The notes under the pieces were generated by a model that saw only the letters and a program-made list of their open reading frames with translations, made no database searches and had not been told where the DNA came from. From Candidatus Bathyarchaeota archaeon (GTDB taxonomy: Archaea > Thermoproteota > Bathyarchaeia > Bathyarchaeales > Bathycorpusculaceae): 64,000 nucleotides of DNA. The number at the start of each line of letters is the position of its first letter. The stretch's first letter is position 1. The stretch is taken from NCBI GenBank assembly GCA_963715865.1, contig OY970280.1, positions 2,272,001 to 2,336,000 of the forward strand, written 5' to 3'. Shown one piece after another: positions 49,127-59,497 of this stretch. The translations under genes were made by a program, and so were the position numbers.

Positions 49127-49635
49127 AATTCCCTTTCTCTTTTCTTTTTTAATTTTCTTAAAAGTATGTACTTTGCTCCTTTTGGCGTCGTCTTGTGTGT
49201 ACAGCTTTCCTCTTTGTTTTATGTTGATTTGAGCATTTTTGTTGATGAATTCCGTTAACAAATAGTAGGGTACCCCTATAGGTAGCGTTTGTGTGTGTAC
49301 AGCCTACCCCTCCGGTCTACTATATGCTTCTAATATGCTCCAACTATGATTCAACATAGAAGTGCATTGTCTTAATGCCTGCACTTTTCAACATGAATTG
49401 GTTTGTTTTTATGTTGATACAAACTGGTTTTATTGTTATTCTAACATGCAGTGGCATTTTTAACGGCAGCATTCCATCCTAGAGCAAGTTTTTTTATAAC
49501 GCTGTCCTTTACAGAAGACAAGGCGTCAGACTGAAGGATATGCTCCTAATAGGCTTCCAACTTCATTAAAAAAATACGTTCTTTTTTTGATTTTGTAGAA
49601 AGATTTTTGTTAGAAAACGTTTTGTGAAAAAAATT

Positions 49636-50937
49636 TTAGGTTTGGTTAGGTGCGAATTCCCAAGCGATATTGCCTTTCCAAATCTCACCTAACTTAGTTA
49701 TTCTTATCTCTTTGTCGTCAATTTCAATTAATCCCTTGTCTTTTAGCTTTTGAAGTTGCTTTGGAAAGACCTTCTCTGGTGTGGTGCCGAATTTTTGCAT
49801 AAATTCCGTTTTGCTAACTGGTAGCCGTAGGTATAATCGTGTCATTGTTCGCCTCATCATATCTTCAGTCGTTGACTCTGAAAGCTTACTGATGGGTAGT
49901 TTCCCTGCTTTTACAGTTGCCATGTAGTCGTTTATGTTTTCAAGGTTAGAATAAGAAAACCGTTGGAGGTACCCCATGAAGCAGCCAGCGCCCGTTGTCA
50001 GTATTCCTCCCCATGGCCAACCGTTGAGACAGTTCTCTCGCATGTGCCATTCTACTCTACTAAAGCGGTCATGACCTACTGCCTTGTAGCCTGCTTCAGT
50101 CAGCATTTTGTAGGCGGTAAGGTACATTTGCTTCTCATATTCTGCATCTCCAAGCGGCGGAGAAACTCCTGTCCTGATCATTTTTTCAAGTACGGTGCCT
50201 GGATCCACATGCAACGAGTAAGTGTCAACCTCCACGTCAAGTTCAATCGTCTTCTTTAGCGTACTAATCCAACTTTCCATTGTCTGCCCTGGAAGATTGT
50301 ACATGATGTCTACGCATACGCACAAGTTCAGTTTTCGTGCATGTCGAATAGCTTTTTCAACATCAGCTGCACTATCGGGCAAGCAAAGCATTTTTCGTAG
50401 TTTGTCGTCAAATGTCTGTGCCCCCATGTCCACTTGGTACACGCCGTATTCGGCGAGTTTGCCAATTTTTTTGAGCGCCAGTGTCTTTGAGGAACCAGTT
50501 ACTTTAATAAAATATTCCTTGTTAATGTTGAACCTTGCCTTGCAGAAGTCTATGAGGTCAATCATCTGCTCAGCAGCCAAGACACTGGGTGTTCCACCCC
50601 CTAAAACTATTTCATCAAATACGCTTGTTTTCACATATTTGGTTTTGGCGTACATTTCGAGCTCTTTTTTGAGCAGTTCTAGATACGGCTCTATCTTAAC
50701 CTTGCTTGTGGCTGTGGTTGGAAAATAGCAGAAGGCGCATCTTGAGTCGCAAACGGAAATCCACGGTTGAAGCTCCATCAATCTGCCTGACGTATTCTCT
50801 GTAGTCAGGAACTCAATGAAGGCTTCATACGTTTCAGGTTTAATGTCTGGGTAATCCCTGTACGTGTATGGCGGCCAATTTTCACGCGAGCCGTAAACTT
50901 CTGACTTGTTTTTTTCAAGCTCAGAGGCTTTTGTCAT
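49636..50937 (-). CDS. HemN/HemW-like radical SAM protein
   Basis: CDSRCAFCYF, LGGGTPS, DIMYNLPGQT, GAG, HemN-like C-terminal domain. Confidence 0.85.
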   Translation of the reverse strand: MTKASELEKNKSEVYGSRENWPPYTYRDYPDIKPETYEAFIEFLTTENTSGRLMELQPWISVCDSRCAFCYFPTTATSKVKIEPYLELLKKELEMYAKTKYVKTSVFDEIVLGGGTPSVLAAEQMIDLIDFCKARFNINKEYFIKVTGSSKTLALKKIGKLAEYGVYQVDMGAQTFDDKLRKMLCLPDSAADVEKAIRHARKLNLCVCVDIMYNLPGQTMESWISTLKKTIELDVEVDTYSLHVDPGTVLEKMIRTGVSPPLGDAEYEKQMYLTAYKMLTEAGYKAVGHDRFSRVEWHMRENCLNGWPWGGILTTGAGCFMGYLQRFSYSNLENINDYMATVKAGKLPISKLSESTTEDMMRRTMTRLYLRLPVSKTEFMQKFGTTPEKVFPKQLQKLKDKGLIEIDDKEIRITKLGEIWKGNIAWEFAPNQT

Positions 50938-51133
50938 TGATAGTCCCTCTTGGTCGCAGTTTAAAACGGTTTGATAACATAATAAAGATTACGTTAAAAA
51001 GCCAAATTAACTAAAAAAGTGTAGTTCCACAAGTTATATAAATAATTGCGGAGACAAACTAAGTCATTGGGCAAGGGGTATATTGTTTATGCTTCTTGTT
51101 CAATGCAAAATAAAATTTAGGAGAAAAAGAAAA

Positions 51134-54133
51134 ATGCAAATTGCTAAAAACAAAACAGCAGCTATTGCTATTGCTATATTCTTAATGCTTTCAATGTCAG
51201 CTTCAATGATGCTTGTACCATCTGCTAGTGCACATGGTCCCGGTTTAACTGCCGCTCAAGGAGGAACAACTCCATGGCAGATTCCAACGTACGCCTACAT
51301 TGTCGCGGCACCTAGCCCTATAGGTGTCGGTCAGACAGCACACGTTTACATGTGGCTTGATGCTGTTTATGGAGCGGCTGGTGGAACAACTGCCGCTGTT
51401 GGAACGAATGGTTCCACAGCCAGCGCAGCATTGCTATCAAACAACTATAGGTTCCACAACTACAATCTTACTATTACAGCGCCTGACGGTACAACAACAA
51501 CACAGATTTTTGCAGTTATCTCTGACACAACATCGTCACAATACGTCACATTCACTCCTTCTCATGTTGGCAACTACACTTTCGTCTTTAATTTCCCAGG
51601 ACAAGCCTACGGGGCGAATGGCAACGGTTACGAACTATCATCACTAATTAACGACACTTATCTGGCCAGCTCTGCAACTACAACGCTTAATGTGCAGCAA
51701 GAGCCAATTCCTGCGGCTATAACTAGCTATCCGCTTCCAGAAGCTTATTGGTCACGCCCAATTTACGGTGAGAACACTGACTGGTGGAAGATCTCGTCAA
51801 ACTGGCTAGGTTCAGGTTCAGCGCCTCCAGGAGGCGTTAGTAGTAGCGGTTCAATGTCTACATTGTACCATAACGATGCCGTAGGGCCTCTAACTTCTCA
51901 CGTCATGTGGACAAAGCCACTTCAGTTTGGAGGAGTTGTCGGAGGAAACCAGTTTGTCGCTGGCGGCTCTAATCCTAACGGTGCTGTTCCGGGAGCCACA
52001 TACTTCGAGGGTTCTTCATATGCGCCAAGATTCTACAATCCGATAATAATCAACGGATACCTCTACTACACGGAAGTAGCATCATTTACGGGCTCACCTA
52101 TTATGGGGGGCAGTGCTACTGGACCAACCGACTGCGTTGACCTTCGCACAGGAAAAGTCCTTTGGAGTAGCATGACCGTACCTGAGCTATCATTCGGTTA
52201 CATCTATAATCTTTATGACCCAGACCAGCACGGAGTTTTCCCACCAATGCTAATTGCATCTATAGGAGGCGGATTTACGGGTCTCCCAGCGATGTGGGAG
52301 TTCTTTGATGCATATACAGGAATCTCGCTGTTTAACGTTACTAATGTTCCCTCAGGCACGACAGTAATGGGTCCAAGCGGTGAAATGTTGAGGTATGTCG
52401 TCGTAAACACAGCAGCCCCAAATGCGGCTCCAACTTATTATTTGCAAGAATGGAACTCATCGAAACTATGGCAATACGATGTTAATCCATACAGCGGCGG
52501 TGGCAGTCTGTCACCATCCCTTATAAATATGACCAACGGAGCTCTCGTTTCACAAGTTCCTATTCCGATTACAGGCGAGAGCGCTACTCTGCCACCAACT
52601 GGACTGGCTAGTATTTTTGCCCCCTATGGTTCCTCAGTGTTAGTCAATGCAAACATCCCCATTAACTCCACTACTATTGGCGGCGGTGCTACTGGCGGTA
52701 CTGCTGGAACTGGCATCACTACTTATGACTGGAACATTTCATTACCTTTCGCAAACTCAATGCCCGCGGCACCCATGGTAATGACTCCGTTTGGGCCCGT
52801 AGGAGGAACAGCATTCACTGTAGTCGCAGCCAACTATAACGATATAATGCTATGCAGAAACGGCTCCCTACCTACAGGTTTCGAAGCAACCAACACAGGC
52901 ACCGCACAAGGTCCATACACATACTTCGCCATCAACCTCAACGCATCAAAAGGTGCAGTCGGTTCAGTACTATGGTGGCAGACATATAACCCGCCAGCAG
53001 GCAACATCACTGTTAGCTCACAGCCAGTCGACTTCCAGACCCGTGTCTTCACATTAAGTTATGGAGAAACTTTGCAATGGGTAGGATACAGTCTGGATAC
53101 AGGCAACAAGCTGTGGGGTCCAACTACACCTCAAAAATCCTTCGACTACTATGGCTACCCAGGAACAGTCTCTTTACCCGGTTGTATTGCTTACGGCAAC
53201 CTCTACTGCAGTTCATTCTCAGGAATATGCTACTGCTATAACGATTTAACTGGCAAACTATTGTGGACCTACGGTAATGGCGGGGAAGGCAACAGTACCT
53301 ACGCCGGCTTGCAGGTCTTCTACGGTGATTATCCAACCCAGATACAAGCTATTGCTAACGGAGTAGTATACCTGGCTACTAATGAGCACACTATGCCCGA
53401 CCCGTTTTACAAGGGCTGCTTGGCAACCGCTGTTAACGCCACCACAGGACAACAAATATGGCAGCTTTCGCTTTACCCCAGCGAGTGGTCCACCCCTGGC
53501 AGTGAATGGGCTACCGCAGATGGCTTTACAACATGCATGAACGGCCTTGACAACAACATTTACAGTATAGGCAGAGGACCCAGCGTTACCACAGTTACAG
53601 CACCAAACGTCGGTCTATCATTCGGAACACCAATAGTAATCAAGGGCACAGTGATGGATATTTCCGCTGGCACAACGCAAACCACGCAGGCGGCTGACTT
53701 TCCAAACGGAGTTCCATGCGCTTCTGATGCAAGCATGAAGGACTGGATGGGCTACGTTTACCAGCAGAAACCGCTTCCAACCAACTTTACTGGTGTTCCA
53801 GTGACAATAAGTGTCTTAGACTCTAACGGCAACTTCAGACCCATAGGTACTGCAACAACTGACGCAACCGGCACCTTCAGACTCACATGGACACCAGACA
53901 TTCCAGGCAACTACACAGTTGTCGCATCTTTCGCTGGCACCAACGGTTACTGGCCATCAAACTCAGAAGACGGTTTTAACGTAATGCAAGCACCAGCAGC
54001 AACCACTGCTCCTACACCTACACCTGCTTCAATGGCTGATCAATACATACTGCCAATAGGTATCGCCATTATCGTCGTAATAATCATAATCGGTGCTGTA
54101 CTAGCTCTCTTGATAGTAAGAAAACACCCATAG
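51134..54133 (+). CDS. Large secreted PQQ-like beta-propeller/Ig-like surface protein with C-terminal TM anchor (track start 51083)
   Basis: Signal peptide MQIAKNK...ASA; repeated TGK.LW blade ends; PTPTP linker, TM helix and RKHP tail. Confidence 0.8.
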   Translation: MQIAKNKTAAIAIAIFLMLSMSASMMLVPSASAHGPGLTAAQGGTTPWQIPTYAYIVAAPSPIGVGQTAHVYMWLDAVYGAAGGTTAAVGTNGSTASAALLSNNYRFHNYNLTITAPDGTTTTQIFAVISDTTSSQYVTFTPSHVGNYTFVFNFPGQAYGANGNGYELSSLINDTYLASSATTTLNVQQEPIPAAITSYPLPEAYWSRPIYGENTDWWKISSNWLGSGSAPPGGVSSSGSMSTLYHNDAVGPLTSHVMWTKPLQFGGVVGGNQFVAGGSNPNGAVPGATYFEGSSYAPRFYNPIIINGYLYYTEVASFTGSPIMGGSATGPTDCVDLRTGKVLWSSMTVPELSFGYIYNLYDPDQHGVFPPMLIASIGGGFTGLPAMWEFFDAYTGISLFNVTNVPSGTTVMGPSGEMLRYVVVNTAAPNAAPTYYLQEWNSSKLWQYDVNPYSGGGSLSPSLINMTNGALVSQVPIPITGESATLPPTGLASIFAPYGSSVLVNANIPINSTTIGGGATGGTAGTGITTYDWNISLPFANSMPAAPMVMTPFGPVGGTAFTVVAANYNDIMLCRNGSLPTGFEATNTGTAQGPYTYFAINLNASKGAVGSVLWWQTYNPPAGNITVSSQPVDFQTRVFTLSYGETLQWVGYSLDTGNKLWGPTTPQKSFDYYGYPGTVSLPGCIAYGNLYCSSFSGICYCYNDLTGKLLWTYGNGGEGNSTYAGLQVFYGDYPTQIQAIANGVVYLATNEHTMPDPFYKGCLATAVNATTGQQIWQLSLYPSEWSTPGSEWATADGFTTCMNGLDNNIYSIGRGPSVTTVTAPNVGLSFGTPIVIKGTVMDISAGTTQTTQAADFPNGVPCASDASMKDWMGYVYQQKPLPTNFTGVPVTISVLDSNGNFRPIGTATTDATGTFRLTWTPDIPGNYTVVASFAGTNGYWPSNSEDGFNVMQAPAATTAPTPTPASMADQYILPIGIAIIVVIIIIGAVLALLIVRKHP

Positions 54134-54264
54134 ACTGTTGAGAAACAACTCAACAACCATCTTCCTTTTTTTGGTTTACAACTAAGGCAGAAAGCCGTGA
54201 ATTTTCAAAAATATTACTCTTAAATAGTTGCGCTGGAGGCTAAGATCTATTCTAAAATCTCAAA

Positions 54265-55680
54265 CTAGACGCTATCTTTGACACGCCAGAGGTTATAGTT
54301 TATGGCTGTTCTTGCCATTATCTTGCTGTACAAGTTGCCTTTTAAATATCCTTTTACAGCTTGGCGAAGAATATATCGTGGACTATAGAATTTATTGTAA
54401 AAATTCTTCCTCATTTGAGCTATCTCTTTCGCGGGCAAAAGCGGATCCTCAAAGATGGGATTCATCGTGTTGTATAGCTTCCAGTCCTCTGACATTTTCC
54501 ATCCATTACTCTCGACTAAAGCGCGAAGTTCAGTTCCTAGAAAGGGCGTAGCATGACATAACCACACATCGTCAGGTTCTACTTTACGGACAAAATCAAG
54601 ACTTTCCTGCAATGTCTCCTTTGTTTCGCCAGGGTACCCTATAATGATGGAGACGGTGACAAATATGCCTGCTTCTTTGGCCCATTTAATTGCATTTTCA
54701 CATTGTTCAGTTGTAATTCTCTTCTTTAGTGAGTCACGGATTCTTTGGCAACCAGATTCCACTCCAAAGCAAATCTCATCGCATTTCGCCTTACTCATCT
54801 TGGCTAAAACTTCTTTTGTAACCACATCAGCTCTGGTTCCGCAGCCCCATGGTAAATTTATTTTTCTATCTATCATTCCGTCGCAGATTTCAAGCGCTCT
54901 TTTCCTATCGAACGTTAACGTATCGTCTTGGAACGCTATCCCTTCTGCTCCATACTCGTCTCTTAGCCATTCCAGTTCATCAAGGACGTTTTTTGGGCTT
55001 CTTGCTCTGAACCTTGCGCCAAACATTTGAGAAGCAACACAGAAAGAGCATTGGAAAGGGCATCCTCTGCTGGATATTATTGGAAGAAGTTTCATTCCCG
55101 TAATTCTGTATTTTTTAACTGGAATATACTTGTACGCTGGCCGAGGCAACGCATCAAGGTTTTGGATAAAAGGCCTGTCAGGTGACTGAATAATCTGGTT
55201 ATCCTTTCGGAAAGTTATGCCTTTAATCTCGCTGACCTTCTGCAGTTCGGACGATTGCTTTGCCAATTCTAAAATTGTTTCTTCTCCTTCACCCCTAACA
55301 ATAATATCGACTGCTTTTTCATCAGTGAGGATTTGTTTGTCGGCAAAGGTTGCGTGGGGTCCTCCCATTACAACTTTAGCGTCAGGACAAACTTCTCTTG
55401 CAACATGTGCAGATTTGAGCGCTGACTCTATTGTTGGAGTCATAGAGCCGATTCCTACTATTGTAGGCTGGAAAGAATCTAATTCAGCTTTAAGCTTTTC
55501 ATGGTTTATTTCGCATACGGGGCAATCGAAAATTTTTACTTCAAAATCGTTTTGTTCTAGTACAGCCGCCATGTATGCTAAGCCAAGGGGTGGGAAAAGC
55601 GGGTGATGGGCGACTCCTTCGAGGAGCGGTGTATTAACCAGTGCTATCTTTGTTTTATTTGTCTTCATCACTATACACAT
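54265..55680 (-). CDS. Cobalamin-binding radical SAM protein (paralogue 2; start probably 55668)
   Basis: PPLGLAYMAA, GGPHAT, SRGCPFQCSFC, GVESG. Confidence 0.92.
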   Translation of the reverse strand: MCIVMKTNKTKIALVNTPLLEGVAHHPLFPPLGLAYMAAVLEQNDFEVKIFDCPVCEINHEKLKAELDSFQPTIVGIGSMTPTIESALKSAHVAREVCPDAKVVMGGPHATFADKQILTDEKAVDIIVRGEGEETILELAKQSSELQKVSEIKGITFRKDNQIIQSPDRPFIQNLDALPRPAYKYIPVKKYRITGMKLLPIISSRGCPFQCSFCVASQMFGARFRARSPKNVLDELEWLRDEYGAEGIAFQDDTLTFDRKRALEICDGMIDRKINLPWGCGTRADVVTKEVLAKMSKAKCDEICFGVESGCQRIRDSLKKRITTEQCENAIKWAKEAGIFVTVSIIIGYPGETKETLQESLDFVRKVEPDDVWLCHATPFLGTELRALVESNGWKMSEDWKLYNTMNPIFEDPLLPAKEIAQMRKNFYNKFYSPRYILRQAVKGYLKGNLYSKIMARTAINYNLWRVKDSV

Positions 55681-55838
55681 TAATGCAAGCTATTAGAATG
55701 AGTTAATCATTCTGACTTCAATATAGGTCTTAGGCAATGTTGTTTGAGAATTTTAAGCTTTTGCTAATCAACAAGTTTTAAGAGGAATCGGATACCGCAG
55801 GTATTTTAATTGAAAAAGCTGGGTTTCATTCGCAAGCA

Positions 55839-58079
55839 CTATGGCTTATGCTTCTTTTTATAGAGCACAGTTGCTAGTAGCACAGATGCCACCGTAATTA
55901 TCGCTAAAATTAACGAAATAAGAACTTTAAATGATAAAGAATAGATTTGTTTGCTTGATAAAGAACCAAACGCGTAAAACATATGATTGTATGAGCCTAC
56001 GTAAACTATATTGTTGGCTATGGCAGGCGAAGAAACAACCATTCCTCCAGTTGCATAACTCCAAATGCAAGCGCCAGTCACGGCGTCAAGAGCATAAACT
56101 TTGCCATCATGGGAGCCTACATAAACTATTCCATTTGCTACAGCAGGCGAAGAAGCCACTTCTCCCCCAACTGTGTAGTTCCATACGACCTTGCCGTTGG
56201 ATGCATCTAGAGCATAAACCTTGTTATCCCCTGAACCTACATAGACAATGCCGTTTGCTATGGCAGGTGACGAGGCCACATCACCGCCTGTGGTATAATT
56301 CCAGACGAGAAGTCCTGTTATAGCGTTTAAAGCGTAAATTTTATGGTCGTACGAACCTACATAGACTATGCCATTTGCAACCGCAGGAGAAGAAACTACA
56401 TAGCCATTTGTAGTGTAGTTCCAGATGAGCGCTCCGTTAGAAGCATTTAACGAATAGACGTTATAATCATTTGAGCCGATGTAGACTCTACCATCGGAGA
56501 CAGCAGGAGAGGACACCAATATCATGTCGCCGGTAGTGTACTCCCATACGAAAGCGCCGGTAGAAGCATTTAAAGCGTAAACATTGTGGTTCTCTGAGCC
56601 TACGTATACCATGCCATTATTCACTGTAGGAGAAGAAACCACTGGGCCACCAGTTTTGTAACTCCATATGTAAGAGCCTGTTGTAGCGTTTAAAGCGTAA
56701 ACGTTATCGTCATATGAGCCTACGTAAAGTACGCCGTCAGCAACCGCTGGTGAAGAAAACATAATCATGTCCCCAGTAGTGTAGCTCCATACAACATTGT
56801 TATGAAGTTCCAAATTGAAACCGACCATGCCCGTGGAAGCATTCAAAGCGTACACTTTGCCGTCATGGGAACCTACATATACTAAACCAGCCGCTATGGT
56901 GGGGGACGAATCGATCTCCCCGCCAGTTGCATGGCTCCAAATATAGCCGCCGTCTTTAGCGTTTAAAGCATAAATCTTGCCATCCCACGAACCTACATAA
57001 ACCACTCCTTGAGCCACAGCAGGACGAGAAATCACCATATCACCTGTCGTGTAGTTCCACAATAGTTCGCCGTTTGAAGCATTCAGTGCATAAACTTTGT
57101 TATCCTCCGACCCTACGTAAACTATGCCGCTGGCAACGATTGGAGAAGACGCCACACTACCATCTGTTGTGTAGTTCCAAACATACCTGCCATTAGACGC
57201 ATTCAAAGCGTAAACCATGCCATCCAACGACCCGACGTAAACATAGCCGTCAGAAACAGTTGGTGAAGAATAGATTGTGCTGCCAGCAGTAAAGTTCCAC
57301 ACCAAAACGCCATTCGCAACGTCGAGGGCATAGACCTTGTCATCCAAAGAACCCACGTAAACCAAGCCGCCTGCAACTGAAGGAGAAGAAACAACTCTGT
57401 CACCAGTACCAAAGCTCCAAACGAGCTTGCCGTCTGTGGCGTTTAGCGCGTAAATTTTATGGTCTAATGAACCTATGTACACTATGCCATCGCTTACAGC
57501 GGCAGATGACATCATTATTTTGGCGCCCGTCGTATAGTTCCACATGTACTTGCCACTTGTCGCATTCAAAGCGTAAACATTCTTGTCTTCCGAACCAAAG
57601 TACACCACTCCATTGGCAACAGCTGGGTCAGAATCAACGTAATATCCCGTTGTGAAGTTCCACAGTTGGGTGCCGTTACTAGCGTTGAGGGCGTAAAGGT
57701 TGTGGTCCTCTGAACCAACGTAAACTACGCCATTAACCACAGCAGGACAAGAAATCACTATGCCGCCAGTAGTCGAATTCCAAATTAGCTCGCCACTAGA
57801 CGCGTTAAACGCATACACCTTATGATCAAACGAGCCCACATATACCACGCCGCCGCTGACTAAGGGCGAGCCTACTTGACCGCCAGTGTTAAACTTCCAA
57901 AGCGTATCGTTCGTTTTTGGCGCTTGCGATGCGGAATAGCCCGTATGCGCAACATCACCGTGAAACATGGGCCACGAGCCAACGCTAGCCTGCCCAGCCG
58001 CGAAAGCAACGCTCACTAAAACGCCCGAGACCAAAAACAGCCCTATCAAGATAAGCGAAACAATAGCTGTTCTTTTCAT
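55839..58079 (-). CDS. Secreted PQQ-like/BamB-type repeat protein with 16 ~40-aa repeats and a TM anchor
   Basis: Signal peptide, WPMFHGD, 16 x (W.YTTG..V.SSPAV..G.VYVGS.D..VYALNA), C-terminal TM. Confidence 0.9.
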   Translation of the reverse strand: MKRTAIVSLILIGLFLVSGVLVSVAFAAGQASVGSWPMFHGDVAHTGYSASQAPKTNDTLWKFNTGGQVGSPLVSGGVVYVGSFDHKVYAFNASSGELIWNSTTGGIVISCPAVVNGVVYVGSEDHNLYALNASNGTQLWNFTTGYYVDSDPAVANGVVYFGSEDKNVYALNATSGKYMWNYTTGAKIMMSSAAVSDGIVYIGSLDHKIYALNATDGKLVWSFGTGDRVVSSPSVAGGLVYVGSLDDKVYALDVANGVLVWNFTAGSTIYSSPTVSDGYVYVGSLDGMVYALNASNGRYVWNYTTDGSVASSPIVASGIVYVGSEDNKVYALNASNGELLWNYTTGDMVISRPAVAQGVVYVGSWDGKIYALNAKDGGYIWSHATGGEIDSSPTIAAGLVYVGSHDGKVYALNASTGMVGFNLELHNNVVWSYTTGDMIMFSSPAVADGVLYVGSYDDNVYALNATTGSYIWSYKTGGPVVSSPTVNNGMVYVGSENHNVYALNASTGAFVWEYTTGDMILVSSPAVSDGRVYIGSNDYNVYSLNASNGALIWNYTTNGYVVSSPAVANGIVYVGSYDHKIYALNAITGLLVWNYTTGGDVASSPAIANGIVYVGSGDNKVYALDASNGKVVWNYTVGGEVASSPAVANGIVYVGSHDGKVYALDAVTGACIWSYATGGMVVSSPAIANNIVYVGSYNHMFYAFGSLSSKQIYSLSFKVLISLILAIITVASVLLATVLYKKKHKP

Positions 58080-58163
58080 TTTTACTCTAATCTATCTTCG
58101 ATTCCTACACGCTTATAAGATATTTTCTTTTAAGAACCTGACACAAAAAAGAAGACGGGATTG

Positions 58164-59237
58164 CTATTTTTTGCGTAGACTTTCAGGCACATATGCGCAT
58201 GCTGGGTCAGACTCGTAGATGTCTCCTGTGTAAGCGTACGCTCTGTTTCTGCAGCCTCCGCAGAGTTCTCGGTATTCGCAGACTCCGCATTTACCCTTCA
58301 GAACGCTTCTATGTTGGAAGCTTTTGTAATACTTTGACTGCTGGATTTCTTTCCATGCGGTGGTTAGGCTTTTTTCTCTTATGTTTCCCAGCATCATTGG
58401 CTCTGAAGGCTGAAGGTCGGTGTAAAAGCATGGTATTAAATCGCCATTTTCAGTCACGCTTAAGTATCCGCCAAAAGCGAAATAGGTACATTTTCCATGA
58501 AACTTATGTTCATACCACTCGTCAAAATTCGGCGGATTTCTTTGTTTCACAACACGCGCATAATGCGGGCAATGGACATGGATTTCAAATTTGCCTTCAT
58601 ACTTTTGGGTTAAGTCCCATATGTGGTTGAGAGTCCACTCGTACTGCTCAGGCGTCGGAGTTAACTCCATTGTTTCTTTTGCTCTTCCGCTAGGAACAAG
58701 ATGATTAAACCAGACAAAGTTAGCATGGTACTTGTCAGCTAACTCTGCGACGTGGTCTAAATGCTTATAATTTAAAGTTGTAATTGCGCATGCTAAACCA
58801 TTAAGGATTTTACCTTTCGATAACTTCTCAATAGCTGCAAGCGCTTTCCTGTATGATCCTTTTCCTCTTAATTGATCGTTAATTTCTTCTGGCCCGTCTA
58901 TGCTTACAGATGTCCAAACTTGATTTTTGACCAAGTTATCGTAAATTTTTCCGTCCACAAAACATCCATTAGTTAATAAGCACACATTGAGACCCAGACT
59001 CTTTGCGTAACCTACAATTTCGAAAATGTCTTCACGCATTAACGGTTCGCCGCCTTTTATGCCGAACCATCTTACGCCAAAGTTATGAACTTCGTCCACT
59101 AAACGTAGTGCCTCTTTTGTGCTCATTTCTCTGGGGGCATGCTTACCTGTAGCGTCAACATTGCAGTATCTGCAACGGGCATTGCAGGCGCCTGTTGCCC
59201 TCCAAGAAGTCATAAGTAAAGGACCTTCACTCGCCAA
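58164..59237 (-). CDS. Radical SAM/SPASM protein (paralogue 2)
   Basis: CNARCRYC, GGEPL, PSGRA, CGVCEYRELCGGCRNRA...DPAC; collinear with 44904-45983. Confidence 0.9.
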   Translation of the reverse strand: MASEGPLLMTSWRATGACNARCRYCNVDATGKHAPREMSTKEALRLVDEVHNFGVRWFGIKGGEPLMREDIFEIVGYAKSLGLNVCLLTNGCFVDGKIYDNLVKNQVWTSVSIDGPEEINDQLRGKGSYRKALAAIEKLSKGKILNGLACAITTLNYKHLDHVAELADKYHANFVWFNHLVPSGRAKETMELTPTPEQYEWTLNHIWDLTQKYEGKFEIHVHCPHYARVVKQRNPPNFDEWYEHKFHGKCTYFAFGGYLSVTENGDLIPCFYTDLQPSEPMMLGNIREKSLTTAWKEIQQSKYYKSFQHRSVLKGKCGVCEYRELCGGCRNRAYAYTGDIYESDPACAYVPESLRKK

Positions 59238-59497
59238 AGTTAAAATCCACCCTCAAATTCTCTTCGCTGATTCATCATTTACTTTAACGTTTCTTTTCAA
59301 CTTAAAAAAGATTGTGCGCTGCTCTCTTGTTTTCATTTTTAGCGCCATCTTAGCACATTTTTTGTTCCAATGTAACTGAAAATATGAAGGCGCCAAGTTT
59401 CCGTAAGGTTTATAGTGAAATAAATCATCATAATTATTGGTGGTAAGGCATTAACTTCTTAATTAAAAATCTCTCCATCATAAATATTAGGGGGTAA

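Noticed and set aside
55980-57900. ~120-bp periodic DNA repeats as a CRISPR array or DGR target
   Set aside because: The repeats are degenerate, in frame and protein-coding with no unique spacers. No cas or reverse transcriptase gene is in the window.
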